From Anthoceros angustus (lineage: Eukaryota > Plantae > Anthocerotophyta), in the NCBI GenBank assembly GCA_010909165.1, contig MU008187.1, positions 765,901-829,900 of the forward strand: a DNA stretch of 64,000 nt, in the 5' to 3' direction. A program made the translations under genes and the position numbers. This document shows positions 34,602-45,901 of this stretch, in pieces; within the stretch, counting starts at the first letter, position 1; each line of letters begins with the position of its first letter. A model generated the notes under the pieces. It was not told where the DNA came from and made no database searches. It saw nothing but the letters and a program-made list of their open reading frames with translations.

Positions 34602-36992
34602 CTAGACATGCATGAATCTCGATGGTAGACAGCTCAGACCATCATCGGGTATCTCTGAAGGTGAAGAACGCGGCACTTTGCTCACTCTAAAACGCTGCTC
34701 CACAATTGATCCACTTACCGGATATGTTCTATCCTTCACCAAGAAACTATGCACCAGCCCTTCCATGTCTGCCCACCAGCTCTGACCTGGCTGCTTCCAT
34801 GCCCCACGTGCTACCCTCCTCGCCTGCATCTCATATGCCTGTTCCCACATCTGGGCACCGGCATATATGTTTGACATCAGAACATATGCCGCAGCATCTT
34901 TATTATCCAGCTTCACTGCTTCATCAAACGCATGGCGTCCCACCTCCACGTTGTTCCACTTTTGACAAGCACCCAATAGAGTGCCCCAAAGCGCAGCATC
35001 AGGAGGTACCAACATTGTCCTTGCCAAAGCTAGTGCCTCATCCAGTCGGCCTGCACGCCCCAGGAGATCCAACATGCATGTGTAGTGTTCTGCCGTGGGA
35101 GTGATGGAATAGTGTTTGCTCATAGCCTCGAAGTACTCTTGTCCCTTGTCCAGTAGACCTTTGTGACTGCATACTAGTAGTACACTAAGGAAGGTGGTGG
35201 CAACTGGCTTAAAACCATCCTCTTCCAATTTCTGAACCAAGTTGAAGACCCGATCACTGTCTCCTTGATAGGTGTAACCAGCAATCAGTGCATTCCAGGT
35301 GACAATATCTCTCTCAGACAACGCATCAAACACCTGCTGCGCATCAGCCATGCTCCCCGATCTGGCATACATGTTTATCAAAGTGCTAGCCAGAAACACA
35401 TCAGCTTGAAGCCCTTGCTCTTTGATCTGTACATGAAGCTGCCTTCCCAGATGCAGGGCTGCCATATTTGCACATGCCTGCAGAAGACATAGAAATGTCA
35501 CAGTATTAGGTGCAACAGTGCCTTCTCGTTGCATCGCACTGTAGAGATGTAGGGCTTCCTGGCCCATCCCCTGCTGGGAATAACCAGCTATCATGGCATT
35601 CCACGTGATAACATCTTTTTGAACAAGCCTGTCAAACACTCTCTGGGCATCTTCCAAGCTGCCGCATTTTGTATACATGTTTACCAGACTATTGGCAACG
35701 AACAGATCAGCTTGATGGCCCCGTTCTCTTATTTGTGCATGAAGATGCCTCCCATTCTCCAAAGCCGAGGTGCCCACACTTGTGCATGCCTGCAGAAGAG
35801 ACACAAATGTCACACTGTCAGGTGCAGCCATGCCTTCCTCTTGCATTGCACTGTAAAGACGAAGGGCTTCCTGGCCCATGCCCTGCTGGGCGTACCCGGC
35901 TATCATGGCATTCCAAGTCACGACATCTTTCTGACCAAGTCCGTCAAACACTCGTCGGGCGTCATCCAAGCTGCTACACTTTGCATACATGTCCACCAAG
36001 CAATTCCAAATAACCAAATGAGGCTCAAGGATAGTGGCCAACACGTCAGCATGCACCTGCTGCCCAGTTTTCAAGTCTTCTCCCCTCGCACAAGCCTGCA
36101 GGGCTGCCACAAACACATGGCCATCTGGCTTCACACCCGACCTGCGCATCCTACGATACAGTTCTAAGGCCTGCTTGTGCTGTCCGCGTTCAACGTGCGC
36201 AGAGATTATGGCAGACCATGTGAAGGCATCTGGTTTGGCAACCATATCGAAGACATCCATAGTTTCCTGCAGCCTGGCATGAGAACCATACATCCGCAGG
36301 ATGTGATTGCACAAGAACGTGTCCGACTCATACCCCTGCTTCCTGCTGAGAACGTGAACACGCTGAACCAGAGGCAGATCCTTGTTAGCCACACACTCTT
36401 TGAGGACAGCATAAAACAGAGATTTCGAAACATGACATCCTGTGCCCACCAGAACTCCCAGGGCCTCCACGGCCTTATCGAGCTGCCCCTGCTGACATAA
36501 TTCGCTCACGGTTTCAGGCGTCACGCCTCCTTCGTATCCTGCAGGCCTGGGAGGGCAGTTGGATGTTGTGGCACAACGCCCCATGCGCAGATCCAGATCT
36601 GCCAGTTGCGCATCTACCCAATGTGGCTTGTAGAAGTTGTTTAACCAGAGGACCTCCTGGCACTTCCTATGCCGGAAGTCCGGCGAACGGGAGCTCTTCT
36701 TCTGTTGCCTGCTATCCCACCAAACTGCGGGGTCGAGAAAGAATTGCCGCCACAAGCGCTCCTGGCGACAACTCTCGCTGGACGATCCATCTCCAGCCAG
36801 ACATCCCCTTGGACAGGCTGGCCTCCTTCTGAAAACGATGCATTTCGCGGCTTTGCTGTTTGCCAAGGTTCGGTCCCTGGAATTAAGAAAAGCGGCAGAG
36901 CTGGAACTCCCACAACCTTGCTGGCCCAACAAACACGGGCCCAACAAAAACGAGTCCTTCCGTGACTGGATTGTGCTGCCCCAGGCAACCAT
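34602..36992 (-). CDS. PLS-class PPR protein, E/E+ type with WW-type PG box and no DYW catalytic domain; N-terminal OSB-type PDF motif
   Basis: Intact 796-aa ORF; LWRQFFLDPAVWWDSRQQKKSSRSPDFRHRKCQEVLWL; P-L-S triplets; E1/E2; WKQPGQSWW; no HxE or CxxC motif downstream. Confidence 0.92.
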   Translation of the reverse strand: MVAWGSTIQSRKDSFLLGPCLLGQQGCGSSSSAAFLNSRDRTLANSKAAKCIVFRRRPACPRGCLAGDGSSSESCRQERLWRQFFLDPAVWWDSRQQKKSSRSPDFRHRKCQEVLWLNNFYKPHWVDAQLADLDLRMGRCATTSNCPPRPAGYEGGVTPETVSELCQQGQLDKAVEALGVLVGTGCHVSKSLFYAVLKECVANKDLPLVQRVHVLSRKQGYESDTFLCNHILRMYGSHARLQETMDVFDMVAKPDAFTWSAIISAHVERGQHKQALELYRRMRRSGVKPDGHVFVAALQACARGEDLKTGQQVHADVLATILEPHLVIWNCLVDMYAKCSSLDDARRVFDGLGQKDVVTWNAMIAGYAQQGMGQEALRLYSAMQEEGMAAPDSVTFVSLLQACTSVGTSALENGRHLHAQIRERGHQADLFVANSLVNMYTKCGSLEDAQRVFDRLVQKDVITWNAMIAGYSQQGMGQEALHLYSAMQREGTVAPNTVTFLCLLQACANMAALHLGRQLHVQIKEQGLQADVFLASTLINMYARSGSMADAQQVFDALSERDIVTWNALIAGYTYQGDSDRVFNLVQKLEEDGFKPVATTFLSVLLVCSHKGLLDKGQEYFEAMSKHYSITPTAEHYTCMLDLLGRAGRLDEALALARTMLVPPDAALWGTLLGACQKWNNVEVGRHAFDEAVKLDNKDAAAYVLMSNIYAGAQMWEQAYEMQARRVARGAWKQPGQSWWADMEGLVHSFLVKDRTYPVSGSIVEQRFRVSKVPRSSPSEIPDDGLSCLPSRFMHV

Positions 36993-38004
36993 GGCTCACA
37001 GGCGATGAAGCTGGGGTTCCAAGACACATCTGCCCATCGTTGTACCGGAAGTAGGATCCTGTAGCCGGTGCAGCTGCGCCTCGGCACACTATCTATCCAT
37101 AAAACACCTCAACCATGCTTTCGGGCTTTCCACAACTGTTTACAAATGTGGCTACAAGAACATCAGCTCTTAATTCTGGGAATGTAGCTGCCCTCTCAGA
37201 TGCAGAGCTGCCACTTTGCAGGTGCCTGCGGAAGAAACCCTGCAACGCCTACTTCTGTAGTGAACAGAAATGTCACATTAGTAGGTAGGTGTTGCAGGGC
37301 CTCGTTCTGGCATAGCACTGCAAACAAGAAGGGCTTGCGATCGTGGCCCACGCTCTCCTGGGAATACCCTGCTAGCTGCATCACGACCTTCCATGTCACC
37401 AGCACATCTTTGTAACCAACTCTGCCACAAACTCCGCCAGACACACAAGGTGCCACACTGTGAAAACCTTTTCGTGTCTTCGTCCCGGGGATTTACAGTC
37501 GCATTCCTCTCAATCTCTGAAGGCTATCAATCTCCGAAGACTCTGTAGCCTTCATACCAAGTCTTCAGTATGACTTGTAGAATGCTCTGTACACCACAAC
37601 GGTGTTCCATAATAACGACCCCGATCGTCCTTGGACCTTAACAATCCGCAGCTGGAAATATTACTCTTCTTTTGAACGAATTACAAGACTTCGATGGCTA
37701 CATTCAGGGGTCCACGTGCTTGGGGATAGTGCGCCATTTCTTGGTCCGGAGGTTTAGCTCATGCCCGAGGACTATATCTCAATAATGTGGAGGACACCAT
37801 AAAAGTGCGTGTCGGGGACATGGCACCTTCGTGTCCATCTATTTGGCAACCATTTTTTTTTGTTTTGGTGTCTTTCGCCATGGGTTACGCAACAAGAGAC
37901 CGTCTGCGCTAGCCTTCAGGGTGGTGTGGTCATACACATTACATACCACGGCATGTTGCCATAGTTTGTTGTTAGACTCATCTTCCGACAGCGGTCCCTG
38001 AACG

Positions 38005-41000
38005 ATGACCGCAGTATTGCAACCGGACCCGTTGTGGACCCAACAAATTGGTTTGTGTACAGGGATTCTACGAGAAGCTCCCGCTCACCTCACGTCAGGG
38101 AGTAAATCCCGGGAAAACAACCAAGCCTCCAGGTGCAGCAGTGTAAGGAGCCCAGCACTTCCACTTCCGAAAAAATGTGTGGGCGGGGACGGATTTTCCA
38201 CCTCCGGTCGTCACCGGGAGCAGGAGCACTTGTGGCAACAATTTTTTCTGGACCCTGCCATGTGGTGGGATAACAGGCGAGATAAAAAGAGCTCCCGTTC
38301 GCCTGACTTCCGGCGTAAGGGGTCTGGCGAGGTCCTGTGGTTAAACAGCATGCTCAAGCCAGCTTGGGTTGATGAGCAGCTCATTTCTTTGGATGTGCAG
38401 ATGAGTTATGGTGCCTCTCCTTCCAAGTCGAGCTCTCTGGATAAGCCTGAACCTGGCAGGCATGCAGGATCGGAAATGGGCGTCGTAACAGCTATCACCC
38501 TGAGCACGTTATGTGAGCAGGGGAAGCTTTCTGAGGTGGTTGGAGCACTGGAATCTCTGGCGCAGACAGATTCTGCTATTTCTCTGTCCCTGTTTTGCAC
38601 CGTGCTAAAACTGTGTGCCGCTAAGAAGGATCTGGTTGTGGGGCGACGAGTTCATGACCTCATTGTCAAACTTGGGTACGAGTCCGACGCATACTTGGGG
38701 AGCCATATCTTGCGCATGTATTCTTGTGGAGGTAGGCTAGAGGAGGCCATGGATGTGTTCACCATGCTGGGCAAACCAAATGTCTTCATGTGGTTTTCCA
38801 TCATTTCTGCATATGCTAAGCATGGGAAACCTTATGAGGCCATACAGCTGTACCATGAGATGCGTAGGTCAGGAGTGAAGGCGGATGCTCACGTCTTTGT
38901 AGCTGCCCTTCAAGCTTGTGCATTTGCTGCCGACTTGGAATCTGGCCGAAAAGTGCACTGTGATGTGTTGCAGAGTGGCATTCCTCCTGACTTGTTTGTT
39001 GGCAACTCCCTGGTCAACATGTATGCAAAATGTGGCGAACTGATGCACGCCAGGTTTTGACAGCTACAAAGGATGTGGTGACATGGAATGCCCTGATTGC
39101 TGGGTATGCACAGCAAGGCTCAGAGGCGCTTGTTATGGACAAATGGAGCAGGAGGGCCTCATTTTGGCTGACCATGTTACTTTTGCTTGCCTTCTGAAGG
39201 CTTGTGCGAGCACTGGTGCCATACAGAAGGGCCGGCAGCTGCACTCGGAGATTGTGGAAGAGGACTGCTGGATATAGTGGGCAACTGCCTGGTGGACATG
39301 TATGCAAAATGTGGTGAACTGGAAGATGCACGCCAGGTTTTGACAGCTTGGCCACAAAGGATGTGGTGACATGGAATGCCCTGATTGCTGGGTATGCACA
39401 GCAAGGACTCGGCCAAGAGGCGCTTGTTCTGTATGGACAAATGGAGGAGGGCCTGGCTGACCATGTTGTTACTTTTGCTTGCCTTCTGAAGGCCTGTGCA
39501 AGCACTGGTGCCTTACAGAAGGGCAGGCAGCTGCACTCACAGATTGTGGAAGAGGACTGCTGGATAACATAGTGTTGGGCAACTGCCTGGTGGACATGTA
39601 TGCAAAATGTGGTGAACTGGAAGATGCACGCCAGGTTTTTGACAGCTTGGCCACAAAGGATGTGGTGACATGGAATGCCCTGATGCTGCTGCAGCAAGGC
39701 TCACAAGAGGCGCTTGTTCTGTATGGACAAATGGAGGAGGGCCTGTGGCTGAATGATGTTACTTTTTGCCTTCTGAAGGCCTGTGCAAGCACTGGTGCCT
39801 TACAGGGCAGGCAGCTGCACTCACAGATTGTGGAAGAGGACTGCTGGATAACGTAGTGTTGGGCACCTGGTGGACATGTATGCAAAATGTGGTGAACTGG
39901 AGATGCACAGGTTTTGACAGCTTGGACAAAGGATGTGGTGACATGGAATGCCCTGATAGCTGGGTATGCAAGGACTCGGCCAAGAGGCGCTTCTGTATGG
40001 ACAAATGGAGCAAGAGGGCCTCATTTTGGCTGACCATGTTACTTGCCTTCTGAAGGCCTGTGCAAGCACTGGTGCCTTACAGAAGGGCAGGCAGCTGCAC
40101 TCAGATTGTGGAAAAGACTGCTGGATAACAGTGTTGGGCAACTGCCTGGTGGACATGTATGCAAAATGTGGTGAACTGGAAGATGCACGCCAGGTTTTTG
40201 ACAGCTTGGCCACAAAGAATGTGGTGACATGGAATGCACTGTTAGCTGGGTATGCACACCAAGGGCTCGGCCAGGAGGCGCTTGTTCTGTATGGACAAAT
40301 GGAGCAAGATGGCCTGATTTTGGCTAACGAGATTACTTTCGCTTGCCTTCTGAAGGCTTGTGCAAGCACTGGTGCCTTACAGAAGGGCAGGCAGCTGCAC
40401 TCGCAAATTGTTGAAAGAGGACTGCTGGCTAACGTAGTGTTGGGGACCTGCCTAGTGGAGATGTACGCCAAATGTGGTGAACTGGAAGATGCGCGCCAGG
40501 TTTTTGAAACCTTGGCCACAAAGAATGTGGTGACATGGACGGCGCTGATAGATGGGTATGGTACTTGTGATGAAGGTCACAAAGCAGTAGCTTGTTTTGA
40601 AGAGATGTTGGTCGCTGGCATTCAGCCTGATGATACTACGTTTACTTGCCTTTTAGCAGCATGCAGTCATGAGGGGCTGGTTCACGAGGGTCGCAAACAC
40701 TTTGATTCCATGGCTGAACAGCATGGCATCAAACCTACTATTCAGCATTACGCTTGCATGGTTGATCTTCTTGCGCGTGCAGGCCATTTAGATGAGGCCG
40801 AGAACATGCTATTATCGTGTGAGGACCCAAACAATGTTGTGGGGTTAACATCGTTGCTGAATGCCTGCAAAAGTCACGGGGATATAGATAGGGCAACCCG
40901 TTGTTTTTCAAGTCTCGTGAAAGTGGAGCCTCAGAGTGCGTCGGCTTATGTGCTGATGGCCAATGCCTATGCGGATGCAGGAATGTGGACTGATGTAGAG

Positions 41001-41441
41001 AGGATTGAAAGAGAGAGAATGGTAGCAGGAGCTAACAAGAAACCTGCAGTGGCGACCATCGAGGTGAAGAAGGAGGTACATACATTTGTTGTGGGAGAAA
41101 ACAGAGATGATATTGCGCTCAAGGTGGAGAGCATGAGTGCACGTCTGAAGCAGGAAGGAGGCCATGTGCCCCACACAAAGTTGGTGTTGAAGCCACTGGG
41201 TGAGAAGGAAAAGGAAGGTGTGCTCTGCGGGCATGCTGAGAAGCTAGCCCTGGCGTTTGGTCTCTTGGACACTCCGAGTGGCACACCTCTGGTGGTAACG
41301 AAGAATCTACGCATGTGTAGTGACTGCCACAGTTCGACCGAGATCATGTCAAGGGTTGAAAAGAGAGACATTGTTGTAAGGGATGGGTACCGTGTGCATC
41401 GATTCGCAGCTGGTTGTTGCACTTGTAAGGGTAGACCGTGA
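38005..41441 (+). CDS. PLS-class PPR protein with N-terminal PDF motif and C-terminal DYW:KP (GRP) domain; middle array frameshifted
   Basis: LWQQFFLDPAMWWDNRRDKKSSRSPDFRRKGSGEVLWL; about 5 near-identical ~300-bp PLS triplets (39000-40530); NKKPAVATIEV, CGHAEKLA, CSDCH, CTCKGRP*. Indels are confined to the repeat array. Confidence 0.88.
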
Positions 41442-42690
41442 GAATAATGAAGCACTAGCCAGTCCGCAGAAGGTGAACTGTAGCATGTGCGAGTGAGACG
41501 TCTTTCTAATGGGCGGTGAGCGCTGTAAGACAAAGCACTCCTCCAGTTTCGACAAGCACCCAACAGGGTAGTGCGCACTGCGCCAAACGGGAGCACTAGG
41601 CAATTTGCGTTTGATCTGATCAAGGTCGGTCAGCGTTGTGTGAGGTGAATATCTAGCACATTTTAAGCTGGAGAACGGAGGTGTGAATGTGCGGATGGTC
41701 TTCTTGATGATGATGAGGCTGAGCAACTTGAACGCGTCCACAACAAGCCCATGGTTCAGACGTGGAGTTTCGGGATAGGATAGCCATGAGATGATGCTCC
41801 TTTCCATCCCAGACTCGGTGAACTTGTTTCCCTCCTTTCCATCCCAGACTCGGTGAACTTGTTTCCCTCGCATGAAATGTCTCCGCCATGTGCCTCCAGT
41901 TCTACTTGGCGTCTTTTACGGCTACATCTGAGGCACACAATGTTTATGCAATGCTATGCTATGCCACCTCTTGTGCCATCAATCACATTCGATAGTGAGA
42001 TTACAGGCACAGTGAGAATGGTGAAGGTTCATTTAGGATTGCAGTTCTTAGTCCTAGCCGTAGAAGTGACTACCCATGGAAATCCGCTGGTCCTACCGTA
42101 TGCATGAATTGATCGCATCGCATCTGGAAGATTCTCGAAAGCCAGCCCAACAGATTGTTTCTCTTGAATTTGGGAAGCCGGGCATGGCGTTTAAACTCTA
42201 CCGAATTCTGGCAGTGTCCATTGCCCTCCCATACACCCTTCGTCTTCCATCGCAGCCTCCCGAATAAAAGGACTACACTACCATCCATGGTCGAGCACCA
42301 GAGTCCAAACGCGCAGGTGCAACCAGATTGCTGTCTGCAAGAAGGCTTTGTACATTTTGCTGGCTGCTTCAATCCTTCAATCTGGTCCGACCGCTAGGAC
42401 TGCCCACGGGAGGAGGACATATTGGTCCACTTGGGAGCAATGGAGCCCAAGAACTCAGAGCATGCTGCTGTGGAGCGTGGAGAACTTCCAAGTGCCGATC
42501 CTGCACCTGCGAAGGATTCCACCGAGTCAAAAGAGGACGAGATTGCCGACGAGTCAGGTGGGAATGAGAATTCCGATCATGTTCTTGAAGCTAGGTAGCA
42601 GCAGCGGTCCAGTTGTAAGCACGCCAGTGTCCAACACCCTTTTCCTCACGCCTGTTGTGCCTGATTTCTGAACCGGAGCCATGCCTGTAA

Positions 42691-43428
42691 GTGAAGGAGC
42701 TCCCCGTTCTCCTCGCCCAGTTATTAATGTTGTGGCATTGTCGGCTCCTGAATACGGTAGATGTCAGACAGAGTCTCCTTGAGATTGCTGAAGAAACGAA
42801 GAACGTAGCACTGGAGGTTGGGCTTATGCTGTTTAACGACAGGTTCACGGATCACGCACCGCCAAGTAATCCCCCCGATCTGACAGCCGGGGTCCATTTT
42901 GATGAAGGCGAGACGGACTTGCTCAGGGGAGCACTGACCAAGGAAGAGTTAGGAGTACCGGTGAACGACTTCTCAGCCGAAGAAAGTGAAGACATCGAGG
43001 AATTTCTGGCCCTGGAAAGGGGTATCGGCGGCCCGTCTGAAGAGAAAACTGGGAAGGTCGTGACGGGCTCCGCAGCGAAGCGACTAGCGAAAGCCTGCTC
43101 GGCAGTTTTGAACTCTGTGGCCTCTTCGCTGATGTCTCTGGCTTCTCACCTTCCTCAAAATGTCTCCGAATATCCACGCACGGCGGAGACGCTCGTGTCC
43201 AACTGCAGAGCGTTGAGCGATGCTGCGATCCAGCTTAAGCCCTATCTGGAAGGCGCCTCTCCTCCATCCCTTGATGTGGAACTGCTGGCAACCTGGGCCG
43301 CCGAGGTCGAGTATGAATTGGGAGAAGTAAGGGGTACGCGTTTCGGCGCTAAGGCAATTCACAGTGGAAAAGCTTTGTCGACCACATTGCCTCGTCTCCA
43401 GCAGATCTTGGTTGAACTCCAAGGCTAG
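42691..43428 (+). CDS. Hypothetical alpha-helical protein (probably a terminal exon)
   Basis: 245-codon open frame with protein-like composition, no ATG start and no family that I recognise. Confidence 0.35.
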   Translation: MKELPVLLAQLLMLWHCRLLNTVDVRQSLLEIAEETKNVALEVGLMLFNDRFTDHAPPSNPPDLTAGVHFDEGETDLLRGALTKEELGVPVNDFSAEESEDIEEFLALERGIGGPSEEKTGKVVTGSAAKRLAKACSAVLNSVASSLMSLASHLPQNVSEYPRTAETLVSNCRALSDAAIQLKPYLEGASPPSLDVELLATWAAEVEYELGEVRGTRFGAKAIHSGKALSTTLPRLQQILVELQG

Positions 43429-44479
43429 CTTCGGATATACATATCCAGGAATATTTGCCAGGTTTTCTTCTAATGGACCCCAGCCACCTGCGGTCCACGC
43501 CAGCTTTTGGTCTGTGCCCTCGGAAAGAGTTTAAGACCTAGCTTCCATCGAGGCTCGAGGGCAACGGATCAAACACCTACTGTGCATCAGCCAAGTACGC
43601 TCGGACCCGACTTTGCCTCCTTGTGTTTCGAACTGTTATCCACAGGTCTATCAGCTAGAAGGCCTTGACATTCTTTGATTTGTACGTGAAATCTGCAATA
43701 TGAGATGTCTTTGACATGTCAGAACCTTCGCTGATCTGGCCTTCGAGTAAAGCACCTTGTGAAATGTGTTCAACGTTAAGATTGAAGGCTCCCTGCGGAT
43801 ACCTAGCTGGCGTACCCTGCTTTCCGCATAAATATCCACCAACCTGGTAGCCTGCAGGGCTTTTGCGTTTCGTACCTCGGCAGCACTTTTCTTCTACCCT
43901 GACTCCAGAATGGCCTTCCAAAGCACCTTGTGAGATGTGTTCAACTGCCTTCATCTCTGCAAGTACCGTTGCACCTTGTTGCAGGGATGTTGGAGTTGTC
44001 TTGTCCGCAGACACCATGCGCTCCACAGCTATTAGCTGGCAGGACGACACCTGATTCACTCTCACAGAATGGACTGGAGATGCCGAGACCAACATCGATC
44101 CTCGGGTGGAGTCCCGGAGCCCTGCAGGTTAGAGGATCTGCTTCCACAACCACAAAACGAGAAGTTGCAGAACTTGCAATCCGCTCTCGTCTTGCCACAA
44201 GCTCAATCCGGCAAGCACAGCCCCAATTACACCAGATCTGAGCCAAATTCTAGGCCTGCACCAGGCCCCCATCCCTGATCCGCATGACCCAGCCAGATAG
44301 CAACGAGTCCAGACCAGGCAGGCGCTGCACAATCTCAGTGTTATGGTAAGAGGTGCCGGGATTAGTGTTAGCCATTCATGTCCATGTCTCAGTTTGGACA
44401 GGAGTGGACCTTGCACTTCACCCCGAAAGCAATATTCTCCGGCATGCACACTTAAGCACTGGCAAGTTCTTCATTGTTC

Positions 44480-45901
44480 TCACGGTCGACCCTTACAACT
44501 GCAAAAACCAGCTGCGAATCGATGCACACGGTAACCATCCCTTACAACAATGTCTCTCCCTTCAAGCCTTGACATGATCTCCGTGAAACTGTGGCAGTCA
44601 CTGCACATGCGTAGATTCTTTGTTACTACCAGAGGTGTCCCACTCGGAGTGTTCAAGAGACCAAACGCCAGAGCTAGCTTCTCAGCATGCCCACACAGCT
44701 TCTTTTTCCTTCTCAGCCAGAGGCTTCAACACCAATTTTGTGTGAGGTACGTGGCCTCCTTCCTGCTTCACAAGTGCATTCGTGCTCTCCACCTTAAGCA
44801 CAATATCATCTCTTCTTTCTCCCACCGCAAATGAATGTACCTGCTTCTTCACCTCAATGGTCGCCACTGCAGCTTTCTTGTTAACTCCTGCTACCATTCT
44901 CTGTGTTTCAATCGTCTCTCGTGGACCAGTCCCGCATGACTACATGCTACTAAAAGGCAAGTAAAAGTAGAATCATTCAGCTGAATACCGGAAGCTAACA
45001 TCTCCTCAAAACAAGCGAGTGCCTTGAGGCCTTCATCACAAGTCCCATACCCAGATATCAGGGCGGTCCATGTCACCACATTCTTTGTATTCATGCTGTC
45101 AAAAACTTGGCGTGCAGCGTCCAGTTCACCGCATTTTGCATACATGTCCACCAGGCAGGTGCCCACCACTACGTCATCCAGCAGTCCTCTTTCAACAATC
45201 TGCCAGTGTAGCTGCCTGCCCTTCTGTAAGGCACCAGTGCTGCCAGAGGCCTTCAGAAGGCAACCAAAAGTAACATGGTCAGCCAAGATGAGGCCCGCCT
45301 CCTTCATTTGTCCTTACACAACCAGCGCCTCTTGGCCGAGTCCTTGCTGTGCATACCCAGCAATCAGGGCGGTCCATGTCGTCACATCCTTCGTGGCCAA
45401 GCTCTCAAAAATCTGGCGAGCATCTTCCAGTTCACCACATTTTGCATACATGTCCACCAGGCAGTTGCCCAACACTACGTCATCCAGCGGTCCTCTTTCG
45501 ACAATCTGTGAGTGCAGCTGCCTGCCCTTCTGTAATGCACCAGTGCTCGCACAGGCCTTCAGAAGGCAAACAACCATAACATGGTTAGCCAAAATCAGGC
45601 GCTCCTGCTCCAATGTGCATACACAACAAGCGCTTCATTCCCAAGCCCTCGCTGTGCATGTATACCCAGCAATCAGGGCATTCCATGTCACCACATCCTT
45701 TGTGGCCAATCGTTTGAAAACCTGGCGTGCATCTTCCAGTTCCCCACATTTTGCATACATGTTCACCAGGCAGTTGCCCAACAAGACGTCATCCAGCAGT
45801 CCTCATTTGGCAGTCTGTGAGTGCCGCTGCCTGCCCATCTGTAAGGCACCAGTGCCTGCACAGCCCTTCAGGAGGCAAGCAAAAGTAATATCGTTAGCCA
45901 G
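44480..45901 (-). pseudogene. PPR-DYW:KP (GRP) pseudogene, 5'-truncated, with an internal deletion
   Basis: Three PLS triplets; GLVHE joined directly to IETQRMVAG (about 300 bp covering S2/E motifs missing); frameshift just before GHAEKLA; ends CSCKGRP* (stop 44480-44482). Confidence 0.87.

Noticed and set aside
39040-40130. Programmed frameshifting or true pseudogenisation of the PPR array
   Set aside because: Indels are small deletions confined to near-identical repeats while the unique N- and C-terminal parts are clean, which is typical of unpolished long-read consensus.
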